A DNA stretch of 64,000 bases from Rhynchobatus australiae (Eukaryota), in the NCBI GenBank assembly GCA_034780895.1, contig JAUZTB010000077.1, forward strand, positions 11,831,615-11,895,614, written 5' to 3'. Position 1 is the first letter of the stretch; the number at the start of each line of letters is the position of its first letter. Below, one piece after another: positions 1-13,629 of this stretch. Below the pieces are notes generated by a model, which was given only the letters and a program-made list of their open reading frames with translations, had not been told where the DNA came from and made no database searches. Both the position numbers and the translations under genes were made by a program.

Positions 1-2619
1 CTTGTGGGGAAAGTTGTAGTGGCAGCAGATGTATTTAGATACCTCCTTTAAACAGCCTTTCAGAAAAAGATGTATGTGACTCTGGGCCCATTGGCAATGT
101 GGTTGATATTTAACTGGCCTCTGAAACAGCTTCACATGTTCTACGGCACTTAGCAATAAGCAAAAATTGCTGGCCATGTCCACATCCTATGAATGAACTA
201 AACAAAACTTTTTAGTCATTCCTGGTGTATTATTTTTACAATATTGAAGATTGCATTATTGCTGAATTTTATGTTGGCTACATTTTCCTTTTCACCTCCC
301 ATCTTCTATGCAAATACAGTATTTTTAAAACCTGGATCAGTTAGTTTAATAATGCAATTTTAAAAGTCTGAGTAACTCATCACTTTCCTATTATAATTTA
401 ATATGTCAGCAAGGAGTTGAATTGAAATGTCCTTGATCCTGATCTTGTGCTTGTATCCTGTGGGATGCTTGTGGTCACATGTTTGTGTGAATGCACAGCA
501 CACAATCACACTATTGTCGCCATTCCATGAGGTGGAGCAGGCTGAAGAGTCAAGTGGCCCTTGGATGGCTTAAGGATTGCNNNNNACATGACGTCTGCTA
601 TCAAGGAGATTAGAAACAGTGAAAATAAGTTTAAAAGTTAAAATAAATGCATTTTTGATAAATTTCAAAATGTATTCAGATGTAAATTAATTGAAAACGC
701 TAACTAACATTCAGGAAAAGCATCTGAACTTTTTGAAGGTCGACAACCCTATTCAATTGAATGGGGCCATGCCAATAAGATTAGCGACTGCTCCTAGATT
801 CAGTGGTGAATTCAGAACTGGGCATCTGATCACCAGTGGGTACAGTACTTTTCAAGCTTCAGTGTGCAGGTGCAGAAACCCATAACTTGCCAGTGTACAT
901 ATTTCAGCTAATTGACATTGCTGTTTGGAACTGCTTGCTCATCAGCAGTGCAGTGCAATCCAGAGCATTGCCATTTGTACAACGCATTGTTTGGAAAATA
1001 CAGTTTCTTTTTGATGTTGCATTAGTTTTGACTTCTGCAATCAGTATAGAGTCTTAGTTTTAGGTTCCAAATTGGCTTTAAAGACTTTGAACCGGAGATT
1101 GTTAAATTTCTGAGAATAGTTAAGTTTTACTGCTAATTATTTTTAGTCAAGAGAAACATGTTTTGTCTTTTGTTCTGGTAACTAGTAAGGAGTTTAGGTA
1201 TGTTGTCCTATGAAGCCTTTTTCCTTCAATTTTTAAGTTGCTTTATCTCAATTTGAAGTTTGAACTTTTCATGGATAATTTGTCTGACAAATGCTAAAGC
1301 AGGTGCAGATAGTTGAACAAAGTAATGCAGACATTTTACTGTTGTAAAAAGGTGTTTAAGAAACTGTTAGATGGACACATGTATATGCAGGGAATGGAAG
1401 GACATGGATCTTATAGAGGCAGAAGAAATTTAGTTTAATTCGGCATCATGTTCAGCGCACATATCATGGGTCGGAGGGCCTGTTCCTGTGCTGTACTGTT
1501 CTGCAAAGTGCAGACATCATTATATCATTGTTAGGGTTTCTGAGGCCCTTGCTAGAATTTTACCAGTTCTTCTGACACCAAAAGAACAATTAGTATATCA
1601 AAAACGTTGTGGTTGGGGCGGGGGGGGGGATACAATGACACTGAAATTAATTCATTTTTAAGTCAAATAAGGAAAGGAGACCAAATTCCTGCATTTATCA
1701 AAAAAATTATCGATAAATGTTTAAATATTCATAAATAATAGAGGAGAACCAAGGGACCAAATAATAAAGCAGCAGTTTACAAAAAATTGGCCCTTCTTTT
1801 CGATTGTCTCTCAATAGAAATTCAGTGAAGTTATGTTTAATGCAGGTAAACCCTAGAGGCAGTTACAAGAGAAATTATAATGCAGAATGTGAAAATGGAA
1901 GAAATGCTAAACAACAATTTTCTGTCTTTGCAGTAGAGAGAATGGCCTAGAAATTGGATCCATTTGGACATCTTATTTCTTGTCCAAACATACAAAAGTA
2001 ATTTTTTTTTAAAAATTGTGTTAGATTGTGCTAGCAATCACTTCCAGAGATAATTGTATCCATCCAGGTGCAATTCACCTTGGTGTGGATGATGTTTCAC
2101 TGTCATTCACACTTAATGGGGTCACAAGCTGCACAGTTTCCTCCATTGTCAACAGAAGTTGGAGCTTTTGTGTGTAACCTGTGAACTTCATTGAACACTC
2201 AAACAAAAACCTAGGAGAACATCATACAAGGATCAGGAATTAAAGCTACTGCACTGTGACATCACCATCTTGCACACACCATCTGCCATGATCAGTTTTC
2301 AATGATTAGGATTATGGGAAACATCATCAGTTGCCCCTTTACTGTTCACAGCATTTTTTTTTGCACAATTCATTTGACAGAGCTCCGCTGCAGCAGACCA
2401 CTGCACTGGAGGGGTCGTAGGCCTACGCAGCTACACAAGTGATCGCTGTGTTTCTTATCACCTGCATGGCATCTTCCTCTGTAGCTGTTCTGTGGCTGCC
2501 ATAAGGAGAGTCCTTTAAGTTCTGACACACTTGAAATCCTATTTCTAGGCAAATAAGCATTTCAGAAATGATGGTAAGCCAAGGATCTAATGAGTGAAGC
2601 ACTTCAATCTGATATTACT

Positions 2620-4020
2620 AAAGACAAACTTCAAGAAGAATTGAAATAATCCTGTGCCCTGAAAGCAAAAGATGGTTACATTTGTTTTGACCTTCCAAAA
2701 TTCCTTGTATTCTAGAATGGTTCTACTTGGGAAGTAGAAAATGAAATCCAATTGTTTAAGAAAGGGAAACTGGGAACAATTGGCCAGCTAACCTGACAAC
2801 GAGGATATAGCAGGGCATTTAGAAAATCCTGGGTTGGTAGAGTCAACACTTCAATGAAAGGGAAGTTGACACATTTTTCAAGATATTACTAATAAGGATG
2901 GATAGAGAGGAACCAGTAGATGAAGATACTTGATGAGATTCTCAGTAGAAATTGCTTTCAGTTTGGAACCTGAAATTTGGGGTAATGTATTAGGGTGGAT
3001 TGACAGTCTGCTTAAGGGAGTAGAAATTAATGGGCTGTTTTCAGGATAGAATGCCTCTGGGTTCAGTGCTTAGACTCTGGGTATTTACAACCTTAAGTTT
3101 GATGGGAGATCAAATATAATGTATCCCAGGTTTGCTAATAACTCATTGCTGCGAAAGTAAGCTATGACAGTGACATGAAGATGCTTTGGAGGGATATAGA
3201 TAGATTAACTGGGTGGGAAAGAAATGTGAAATTGCATACTGTGGTAGGAAATGTTGAAATACAAAATACTTTTAAAAGGTGACCATCTACTAAAATAAAA
3301 ACACAAAATGCTAGAAAAATGCTTTACACAGATGCTGCCTGAGCTACTGAATGTTTCCACCATTTTCTGTTTTTTATTTCAAATTTGCAGCATCTGCAGT
3401 TTTTTTAACTGATATTTTATTGAATGATGATATTCAGATTGTGTCCTTTTGCACAAATCAAAAAGTTAGCATACTGGTTCAACAGCACTTCTGAAGGAAA
3501 GTGATATTTTGGCCGAGGGGGAAATAGAGAATAATAGTGAGAAGGACTTGCAGCAGTTACATAATTACATAGGATTTTGTTGAGTCTACACCTTTAGTAC
3601 TGTTTGTAGTTTTGGCCTCCTATCCGAAGGAAAGATGCTTTTGGCTGGGTGCAATATAATAAAGGTTCGCTGATTTGATTCTTGTGATGACAAAGTGATC
3701 CAGTGAAGAGAGGATAAAATCATTGAGTCTACATTTTGGTAGCTTAAAAGAATGAGCAGTTATGCCATTCTTAAAAGGGCTCGATAGGGTTGATGCTGAG
3801 AAGCTGTTGAAAATTCTAAAGGGGTCATTACTTCAGCTACTTCTTTTCAAAACAAGTGGGAATTTCGTACCAAAATTTGTAGATCTTCACAATTCTCTAC
3901 CCCAGAGGCTTGGACATCGGAAATTAGATGGATAGATTTTTAAATACCTAAGGATATCATGGAACAGGGAAAGGTAATGCCCATGACCTGAATAAATGGT
4001 CTACTTCTGCCCCTGTTTTA
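2620..4020 (+). mobile_element. Decayed CR1-type LINE ORF2 / 3' end
   Basis: Degenerate CR1 signatures (aatcaacatgg/gaaagggaag-like, tttgctaataac for FADDT, gggtgggaaagaaatgtgaa, aattctctaccccagaggct). A Penelope-type terminal fragment is inserted near 3300-3400. Boundaries approximate. Confidence 0.6.
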
Positions 4021-5294
4021 TTAACCTTAATTAGGCCACATAACATTTTGCAAAAGGGATACAGAATCACCGGCAAAGATGCAAGGAAGATTAGGGTGAT
4101 GACAAGTAAAGATTAGACCTATCAAGAAAGGGTGAACAATTAGAGGCTCTCAAATTGATCCTGTGACAACCTAAGACATAATGGTGGCACGGGGCTTTCA
4201 TGAGGTAGTGGTGGAAAAGGTCCTTCCACTTATAGGGAAGCCAGAACTTGATTCAAACGTGTATGGATGTTAGATGGCAAAAGGAAGGAGGATATGTGCT
4301 GCAGTTAGATGAAGAATGAATGCATTGTGTGGAGCATAAACATTGGCATAGCCTTGTTGGGCCAAATTGCCATCCTGACTGCGATACTACACTAATTGGC
4401 AAATTAGAATAACCAGTTAGTAATCTTTAAATGCTCTCTTTAAACATTTAAAATGGTCTGTAAAGTCAGTGACCAAAGTAATTTCACTACTCCTTCTATT
4501 GTGATTGATCCTCCCATTTGCTTATGCTCTCAAGAAAAGTGAGTTAAAAGCAATAATCCTAGCAGTGGGTGCAATAATGCTAATTGTTCTTGATTTCTTC
4601 AGCTACTCTCTATTACTTGTAATTTTTGACATTTCTCTATATATTGGTGTCCTAAACCCAAACTTGTCTGATTTATTTTTTTACCATTTTATTTTTATTT
4701 AATGTATACTTAGTTTTAATTGTCTTTCAAGTGGCTGCTTTCTTCCATTCTCTAATGATTCAAGCCAGTGTTTGAAGTCGGAAGATTAAATATGCTACTG
4801 AAGACCTGCAGTTCTGAAGTACTAACGTTCAGGGTTTGTGGTCCCAGAATTTTAGGATAGAAATTTGTAAACCATGGGTGATGAATAAGCATTGCACTTC
4901 ACCATTTTTTTTAAATCACTGTCAAAATTGCTATCTCTTGCTTCATGTCAGTTGTTTTATTAATGGACTGAATTGCTCAGCTCCCTACTAAATCCAGTTA
5001 TTGCCATTTAACTTTGTGCACTATCAAATAAATCTAACTGCTGCATACAAGTTTCTCAAAGGGCTTTAGTTGTTGTTGACATAGTCATGGACACTAAACT
5101 TCTTTTAAAGTGTTGATTTAATTCTAATACACAAATATTTGCAGGATAATGAAGAAAAGGGGAGAGTGGGATGAGAGCTGGCATGTCCCAGATGAGCCAA
5201 ATGTCCTGCTGTGCTGCAAGATTCAATGTCTAAGTGATTGATTATAGCCTTTTCAGATCTACAGGTGGTATTTTCCTAACCCACAAATTGCAAG

Positions 5295-5466
5295 ATGTCA
5301 GCTCGAAGTGGAAAAAAGAAAATGACCAAGTTGTCACGCTCAGCCAGAGCAGGAGTCATTTTTCCCGTTGGCAGGATGATGCGTTACTTGCGGAAAGCAA
5401 CATTCAAATACCGTATTGGAATGGGAGCACCTGTTTACCTGGCAGCAGTCATAGAGTACCTAGCAG
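5295..5466 (+). CDS. MACROH2A2: macroH2A2 coding exon 1 (histone-fold N-terminus)
   Basis: [57 protein letters not shown] matches macroH2A2 ([20 protein letters not shown]...) better than macroH2A1. 172 nt, ending at a CAG|GTAAAA donor. A candidate acceptor (tttcag) ends at 5256. The non-coding first exon/promoter was not seen in the window. Confidence 0.97.
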
Positions 5467-5804
5467 GTAAAAAGTATAAATTTAGAACATGAAGAACAAG
5501 CTAATTTACAGTTTTAACCATAAAGCCTTTATAAGGCAATGAAATGGATCTGTTTATTTTGGTGAATGTTTTATCAGGATTGACCATTGACTTTTGTTTA
5601 TTGCTTTTTCACACCAGCAAGATGATCATGTAATTTTTCCTTTAATTCTATGAATGTGATACTTTATCTTATAGATTTCCTAATATTCAGCAATCCTTGT
5701 GTTNNNNNNNNNNNNNNNNNNNNNNNNNNNNNNNNNNNNNNNNNNNNNNNNNNNNNNNNNNNNNNNNNNNNNNNNNNNNNNNNNNNNNNNNNNNNNNNNN
5801 NNNG

Positions 5805-5911
5805 CTGAAAGTCTGGAACTGGCTGGAAATGCAGCCAGAGATAATAAGAAGAGTAGAATAACTCCAAGGCACATTCTGTTGGCAGTAGCAAATGATGAAG
5901 AACTAAATCAG
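5805..5911 (+). CDS. MACROH2A2: macroH2A2 coding exon 2
   Basis: (A)[35 protein letters not shown], 107 nt, donor CAG|GTAAGG. The acceptor is mostly hidden by the N gap; only its final G at 5804 is visible. Confidence 0.95.
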
Positions 5912-6224
5912 GTAAGGCTCATGGTGTTAATTGTGTTGGTCTATATGAAACCCAATTTGTATGTTTTATTTATGCAGGTGGAATCTTTAATTTTCAAAAA
6001 TGAAAATGTGTTTACTTAAATGAAGGCTTTGCAAGACTTTGGAGAGTGAAACTAATTAGATAGATAACATTATTACAACATAGAAGGACACCATTCAACC
6101 CATTGGGTCCATTGCTGGTTCCCAGCAGAGCATTCCCATCATTCCTATTCCCTCTCCTTTTTTTTTCCTGTAACACCCCCTCCTCTCTTCCTCCACACAT
6201 GTTGACTCTTTTGCCATTTATCTA

Positions 6225-6345
6225 CCCTGGGGTAATTTTACAGTAGTCAGTTAACTTCCAGAACACCTGTGGGAGGTTGGAAGAAACTGGAGAACCGAGA
6301 GGATTTCCCATGTAGTCAAACAGACTGTATTGGAGGTTGGATCAG
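6225..6345 (-). mobile_element. V-SINE-like fragment
   Basis: ggggtaattttacagtagtcagttaac...ggaagaaactggagaaccgagaggatttcccatg, related to the copy at 36400-36570. Confidence 0.55.
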
Positions 6346-6809
6346 AGTTTATGAAAATCAAAAAAAATGTTACAGATGCTGGAAATTTGAAATAAACTGG
6401 AAATGCTAAGCTGGTTAGGAACATCTGTGGAAAGAGGAACATTTAGCATCACATTTCCTGGACCCTTCATTAGAATTGTATGTGTGCATGAAATGTTTCT
6501 TTCTGTGCTGTAAGATTCTATAAAGATTTTGAAAATATGGATAATGTGAGAAGAAATTAAGCAGTTGTGAAGGACACCTGCTAGTTATACTGATCTCAGG
6601 TAGGTTCTGAAATATATGTATCTTGAATTGAACTGACTTTTCTTAAGTTCAGTTGCATCATGCCATATACTGCAAAATCCTCTTGAGAATTGCCACATGT
6701 CTGCCTTTTGACCTGTCTGCTCCTTTCATCGAGGACCGTTATCTATTTTGAAGGGTTGTACTGTTGAGTGTAATAAAAACTTTTGTCATCCATGAGTGAA
6801 TTGTTATTG

Positions 6810-7060
6810 TCATCTTGGCCCATTGGGAGCACTCTTGCAAATCAAGACGATTTTAATTCCAGTTCCCTAGAGAATTTGAACGCATGGTCAATGCTGCACT
6901 TTTGGAGGTGCTTTCTTTTGCTTCGGGTGTATGTAGAAGATCCTCTGGTGCCTATGTTTTGTACAGTCATGCATCTGTCAACATTGTTAGTAGTGGTTAC
7001 AATTTAAAAACTAATTAATCAACTACAGAGTAATCCAAAGCACTCCCAAGTACCTAAGAA
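6810..7060 (+). mobile_element. Degenerate Deu-domain SINE
   Basis: gcactcttgc...gctgcacttttggaggtgctttctttt...gtagaagatcctctggtgcctat resembles the Deu core. Related to 16520-16760. Confidence 0.45.
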
Positions 7061-7689
7061 GTGCCACACAGAAGCAGTCATTTCAAAAATTTAAAAGTAG
7101 TTGATTGCATACATTTTCCTTTTCAAATTTAGTATGCAACAAGGACTATTGTACTGTAGTTTCTCCTGAAAATAAGTATCATCAATAATGAGACTAATGG
7201 TTGAAATATTATACATGTAATTGGTAGAATTCTATTATGCTCTGCAGATGTCTGGAGCAAAGCTTATTACGAAGATATTTAAAACATAATATATTTTTAT
7301 ATTTCATGGAATNNNNNNNNNNNNNNNNNNNNNNNNNNNNNNNNNNNNNNNNNNNNNNNNNNNNNNNNNNNNNNNNNNNNNNNNNNNNNNNNNNNNNNNN
7401 NNNNNNNNNNNNTTTATAAATTGGCTGTATTGGAGTAATTACAGGGGTGTGTGTTGGAAATCTTAGATACACTACCCTTGTTGATAAACTTGCATCTAGT
7501 TTTGTGCATTGACTCAGTTAATTCTGTATACAAATCAAATATTTCACTCATAAAGTGGTCCATTTGTATAAAGAGGAACCAAAAACAAACTGTCCCTTAT
7601 TTTGAAACTTACTGGTTTCAGATGCAATTTGCTAGAACATTAATGTTTTGTAAAGCTATGCCTATACAGTATTACTTTTGTGTCTATAG

Positions 7690-7902
7690 TTACTAAGGGG
7701 AGTAACAATTGCGAGTGGTGGTGTGCTGCCCCGAATTCATCCTGAGCTCCTGGCAAAAAAACGTGGTGCCAGAAGTAAAGTGGAAACCATTCTTTCTACA
7801 CCATCAGAAAAGAAGGCAAAGAAAGCAAAGCCGTCTCCAATCAAAAAATCTGCCAAGAAAGCATCTGTCAAAAAGGCTGCAAAATCCAAATCGGCCAGAA
7901 AA
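7690..7902 (+). CDS. MACROH2A2: macroH2A2 coding exon 3 (end of H2A fold and basic linker)
   Basis: ctatag|TTA... LLRGVTIASGGVLPRIHPELLAKKRGARSKVETILSTPSEKKAKKAKPSPIKKSAKKASVKKAAKSKSARK |gtatgt, 213 nt. Confidence 0.96.
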
Positions 7903-9099
7903 GTATGTATCGAGCACAAAATTCTTCCTCTCTTTTGAGGGATGCACTTATTGTGCGACAAAGGTGCTACGCTGTTTAGTCTTAGGAAATAGCCAATTAT
8001 TATCTTTAGAAGCTTCAATTCAGTGTTCCATGGTGCCAGTAAAACTCTAATCTGTGATTTGGAAATCCTGATGGTTAAGCATCTGGCTCAATGGTGATGT
8101 TTGCTATGTTCCCTGGGGCCATGGTTCCTCCTCTCCCTTCCTACTCTCTGGAATCTGTTCCTGCACTCCCAACTCATCAGGGTTCTGGTTCCCACGTTCC
8201 CTTTAAACTTGCCTGCCTTCACTGCAAAATATATTGCAGTACTGTGTAACATCTTCTTAAAAAGTGAACTAAGTGCATTGGGATATTAATAGAAATGATA
8301 TCCAATGGTCCAGAAAATTTGCTGGTCTGACACCACCAAAATCCAAAGCATGTCAGATTATCAGAGTTTTACAAAACCAAACTTAAGTTCCCAATGCATC
8401 TCAATTTAAGTTGTGCATTGTTTTTTTTTCATTTTCATCTCTGATATTGCACTTCCCTCATCAAACCAGTAAAAAGTAGCGAGGAGCTAATGTGATATTG
8501 CAGAAAACCCTCTAATTTGGTAAAAGTTGTGTTGATTTAACTTGTAGGATGTATAATATAAATTAAATGCCTCCATATTGAAGTGTAGGTTACTGGCTAA
8601 ATTAATTTGGATGTTTACAGTGTCATTTAATTTAAAATCGCATCCTCAAATATATAATGAATAATTGAGGTAGCTCCCTGAGGTTAAAAACCTGAAAAGT
8701 TACCTAATTTTTAATAGAGGAAATTTAATATGGGGCAAGAAAGGGGTGATGCAACAGGTTTGTAAATTTGGGCTTCAATCACAACAGTTCCAATAATGAA
8801 AATTATTCATTGTTGTTAGACAATTTATTACCAAGACGTTGTTAGTTATTCTAAGTTGTACTTACTGAGAATTTTTGAGTTTATTAGCTGGAGTACATTA
8901 GTGAAGGGAAATTTAACATTCGGTTTCCCATACTTTGCGCCTAACATGATTTTTTTTTCTAAAAATTGGTATCAATCAGGCTGTGGCGAGAGGGAAAAGC
9001 ANNNNNNNNNNNNNNNNNNNNNNNNNNNNNNNNNNNNNNNNNNNNNNNNNNNNNNNNNNNNNNNNNNNNNNNNNNNNNNNNNNNNNNNNNNNNNNNNNN

Positions 9100-9330
9100 N
9101 NGGGGGAAGGGGAAAGGGGGCCTCAGGAATGAGGGAAGACAAAAGAGGGGAAAAAAAGAGAAGGGGGGAAGAGGAGGGGTTACTGGGAGTTAGAGAAATC
9201 AGTGTTGAAGCCGTATGAGGTGTTGTTCCTCCAAGCTATGTCTGGCCTCAATGTGACAGTAGAGGACACCATGGACAGACATGTCAGTATGGGAGTGGGA
9301 TGTGGAACACAAGTAACGGAACCAACCTGA
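9100..9330 (-). mobile_element. Penelope-like element 3' fragment (C-terminus of GIY-YIG region)
   Basis: Minus-strand translation SHSHTDMSVHGVLYCHIEARHSLEEQHLI, typical of the end of a PLE ORF, followed by a pyrimidine-rich tail. Confidence 0.65.
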
Positions 9331-9395
9331 GTGCATTTCCCAATGACCTAATTTCTCAGGCAGTGATCTAAAAGAAAATTGCCTGGGTAATGACA

Positions 9396-9397
<2 letters not shown>

Positions 9398-9426
<29 letters not shown>
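9398..9426. repeat. (TG)n microsatellite
   Basis: About 14 perfect TG units. Confidence 0.95.
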
Positions 9427-9444
9427 CTGACACTGAAATATCAC

Positions 9445-10290
9445 CCAAAATCAGGTTTATTATCACTGACATATGTTGTGAAATTCATTTTGTGGCAGCA
9501 ATACAGTGCAAGACATAAAAATGACTATAAGTTACAGAAATAAATAAATCGTGCAAAAGAGGAATAACAAGGTAGTGTTCAGAAATCTGATTGTAGAAGT
9601 TGTTACTGACATGTTGAGTGTAGGTCTTCATGCTCCTGTACCCCCTCCCCGATGGTAGTAACGTAAAGAGGGCATGCCCCAGATGGTGAGGGTCCTTAAT
9701 GATGGGTGCTGCCTTCTTGGAGGCACTGCCTCTTGAAGATGTCCTCGAGGGCTGGGAGGGTTGTGTCCATGATGGACCTGGCAGAGTCTACAACCCTCTG
9801 CAGCCTCTTTCAATCTTGCACACTGGAGTTTCCATACCAGGTGGCGATGCAACAGTCAGAATGGTGTCCACTGTACGTGTGTAGAAATTTGCAAGTCTTT
9901 GCTGACGTAGCAAATCTCCTTAAACTCCTAATGAAGTAGATCCGCTGGCATGCCACCTTCATGATTGCATCAATGTGTTGGGCCCGAGGTAGACCCTCCT
10001 GAGATGTTGACGCCCAGGAACTTGAAGCTGCTCACCCTTTCCACCACTGACAACTCAATAAAGACTGGTGTGTTTTTTCCCAACTTCCCCTTCCTGAAGT
10101 GCACAATCAATTCCTTGGTCTTGCTGATGTTGAGTGCAGAGTTGTTGTTGCGACATCAGAATTGAAGCCAACCAGCCAATCTGTTTCACTCCTGTATGTC
10201 TCTTCATCACCATCTAAGATTCTGCCAACAACAGTGGTGTCATCAGCAAATTTATAGATGGCGTTTGAGCTGTGCCTAGCCACACAGTTT
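9445..10290 (-). mobile_element. Rex1/Babar-type LINE 3' fragment
   Basis: Minus-strand CVARHSSNAIYKFADDTTVVGRILDGDEETYRSETDWLV (RT motif C), followed by the ORF C-terminus and an aataaacctga-type tail. Confidence 0.75.
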
Positions 10291-10768
10291 ACAAGTGCCC
10301 TGTTTAAATTTTTAGCAGGCACAATTCGGCCCAAAATTCTTCATGAAAATATTCCACTCTCAAAATAACTGATTTTCATAAAATGTAATAATGTTGTACA
10401 TGCACATTTTCTGGTAAGATTTGTGTTTCTGTCTAGATTAAAATTAACTACACCTGAACATACATACAAGTAGAAAGCTGGTGATTTAATCTTAGCAGAA
10501 TGAAGTGCTCATAAACCATCCAAAGTTTATAGTAATATGTAATATCAAATATAAGATTTGTTTTCCTACTAAGGTTAATAAGAAAAATGAATATACTATC
10601 AAGGTCATTGTCATCCATGTTTTCACTGGCAATTCTGCTTTAGCACAGAACAAATAAAAGTGGTGTCCTTAATTCTGTTGGGAAATGTACCTGGGTCTGT
10701 ATTATGGACGTTTTGCATTATTTCAGCAACAAAAAATGAATGTTTCAAAAACCTTTTTTTAAAATCAG

Positions 10769-10879
10769 GGTAAACGAATAGAAAGCAATAAGGAAGGAGC
10801 ATCTAGTTCCACCTCAGATGATGTACCTGGTGAAGGTTTCACAATTCTTTCGACAAAGAGCCTTTTCTTGGGGCAAAAG
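10769..10879 (+). CDS. MACROH2A2: macroH2A2 coding exon 4 (linker to macrodomain start)
   Basis: atcag|GKRIESNKEGASSSTSDDVPGEGFTILSTKSLFLGQK|gtaagc, 111 nt. Confidence 0.96.
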
Positions 10880-11094
10880 GTAAGCTGTGTGGTATTTTTA
10901 ATTCAAAATTGTATTTAAATAAATTCAGACCTCTGGGTAGTGTGTATATTAAATGCATAACACATCAGTTCTGCAATTTTTATTTTGAGGATTAATGCCT
11001 GTTATGGGTATGTGCTAACTTAGCATAGTATAAATTGATATCAATTTAAGACTGGATTTAATTTAATTGTAATGTTTCAAAGTATGTCAATAGT

Positions 11095-11845
11095 TAACAA
11101 AAAGCTGGGTGAGATTGTGGGTTGCCAGGTGTATTCAGAGCCTGCAAGTTAAGTGACTGGACCTATATGTGGCAGATGCAGTGTAATAAATCAGTATTAT
11201 TTAAATGAAGAATGTCAATATACAGAGTGATCTGAATGCCTTTGTACCCAGTCTCTGAAAACAAACATGTAAGCAATTAAAATGGCAATTGGTTTGTTAC
11301 AAGAGGTTTTGTGTATTGGAGCAAGGATGTCTTGCTACATTTGTAAAGGACCTTGGTGACACCATAGCTGGACTATTGTATGTAGTTTTGGCCTTACCAA
11401 AGAAAATATATTTGCCATAGAGGGAGTGCAGTGAATGTTTGCCAGACTGTTTCTGAGATGGTGGGACTGTCACATGAGGAGAGATTGGCCTGACTAGGCA
11501 TTTATTCACTAGAGTCTGGAAGAATCTCATTGAAAAGTATGATGGGGCTTGAAAGGCTGGATATAAAAAGGATGTTTCCCCCAGGTTTGGTGAAGTTCTA
11601 GAATAATCTGGAATAAGACTTTAATATGAGGTGAAATTTCTCAGAACTTGGTGAATTTTTGGAATTCTCTAACACAGAAGGCTCTGCAGGCTAGGTATGT
11701 CTAAGAATGAAATGGATAGATTTCTAGACACAAAGCGTCAAAAAGTATGGAGAAAGAATGGGAGTGTAGTATTGGGTCAGCCATGATTATGTTGATTGGC
11801 AGAGCAGATGTGAAGGCTGCTCACTCAATGTCCTCGCTCCTGTTT
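11095..11845 (+). mobile_element. Decayed CR1 LINE 3' end
   Basis: aagctgggtgag...ggcagatgcagtgtaat...ccttggtgacaccatagctggactattgtatgtagttttgg (LVRPHLEYCVQFW-like)...ggaattctct. Confidence 0.7.
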
Positions 11846-11917
11846 TTTTAAGTCAAACTATCTTGACCATCTGATTGCTCTTAAAATGTTTACTAAATCT
11901 TTTTGGGTTTTTTTCAG

Positions 11918-12017
11918 CTGTCATTGACACAGAGTGAAATCAGTAACATTGGTTCAGTTAAGGTTGAGTGCATCATCAACCCAACAAATGCTGAAATAGA
12001 CCTTAAAGAAGACGTTG
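11918..12017 (+). CDS. MACROH2A2: macroH2A2 coding exon 5 (macrodomain, 1.2/2-type 100-nt exon)
   Basis: ttttcag|LSLTQSEISNIGSVKVECIINPTNAEIDLKEDV(G)|gtatgt, 100 nt. Confidence 0.96.
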
Positions 12018-12839
12018 GTATGTGTTTTTGTTCCCAGTGGGCCTGTAGTAGTTTTCCCAATACCTCAAGGGAGCTTCTTAGTAACAATTAAAAGTCTGCT
12101 GGATGTGCTTCCATTAAATTAATGATATAAATAAAGTTGCTTGAAAATATTGAAATATAAAAATGACTAACTTTGAGTTGAGTACATAACTACATGATTC
12201 ATTGTCAGCTCTAATCACTTTTTTAAAAATTTGCTTCCTCAAGCAATAAGTTCATCTAGCTGATTAATACTCCAAATAACCTTTCAAATGTTGAAGACAA
12301 TGCATTGACAAATCATTGTTTTGCTTAATTTATTTTATTTAGGTGACTAAAACTTTTCTGGAAAGATGAGAATGGATAGTAATGTGCTTCTATAAGATGG
12401 TTGCCCTTTGTCTTCATCTGCAAAGCCCTATAGCTCTCAAATTCCCCCTGTAAACCTCCGTCTCTTGGTATTTAAGGTTTCTTTACAATCTACTTTTTTG
12501 AAAAACCAAGCTTTTGGCCACTTGGCCTAATATCTCCTTATTTAACCCCGTCATTTTTGTTTTGCTTGATAACTCTATTTGGGATACTTCAGCAAGATTA
12601 AAGGCATAATATAAATGGGAGTTATTTCATAAAATAATCTTCCAAGATGAATGAGCAAACAAAGCATTAAACCCTTTTCTTGAATGTGTTCATTTCACAC
12701 TTTGATTTAAGATGTAATTAGATTTCTATTATGATGCCCTCCCCTCTCACATGTTGAAGTGGGCAACCGGAGTTACCATTAGATGTTTATGAATTTGCCA
12801 ACTTCAAGCAGATTTATCAATAGCCTAAGTCTCTTCTAA

Positions 12840-12953
<114 letters not shown>

Positions 12954-13629
12954 TAGCAATTTGTAATTGTTTTTACTATCTCTTTGATTGAGGTTACTTG
13001 CAGCATTGACAAAGCTGTACTTTGTCATGTGTGAGGAATATGCTTTGAAATATAATATTAAGATAGTCAAGGTGAGTGAAAAATTAACATTGGCACATAG
13101 TGATATCTCATCTTGCAAATGTTTCAACATTGCATGCAAAGTTAATCTCGTATTTTACACCAATATCCACTTTGCAGAATAGGCATGATGGGAGAACAAA
13201 GCAAGAGTATGTAGAAATATAAAAGACAACATGCCTCTGTATTTTAATTATAATTTAATAGCAAAGTTCTATAGTTACTGCATATTTTGCTTGTTATTCA
13301 ATTGTGTGGAACTGTAATGGTTTTTCTCTAATTCACGGAACATCATTGAATCCCAGAAGTACTTTCTGGATCTGATTTTTTTTTTGAGCTTGTTAATGAT
13401 CAGATTCGTGGGAGCCTATCTAAATTACAAGTTAATGGCATCAATTGAGGTTTGGTGCCTACTGAACTTGCAGTGTTCCTCTTATCAATGTGGTTAAATG
13501 TCATTCTCAGTTTGCTTTAGCTCAGTACTCCTCCATGTTTCTCTGGGTGTTCTGTTCATTTTTGCAAGTGTGGTGTTGCTCCCTTTTTGAGCATGTCAAC
13601 CAATATCCCTTTCATTGCATTTTACCCAG

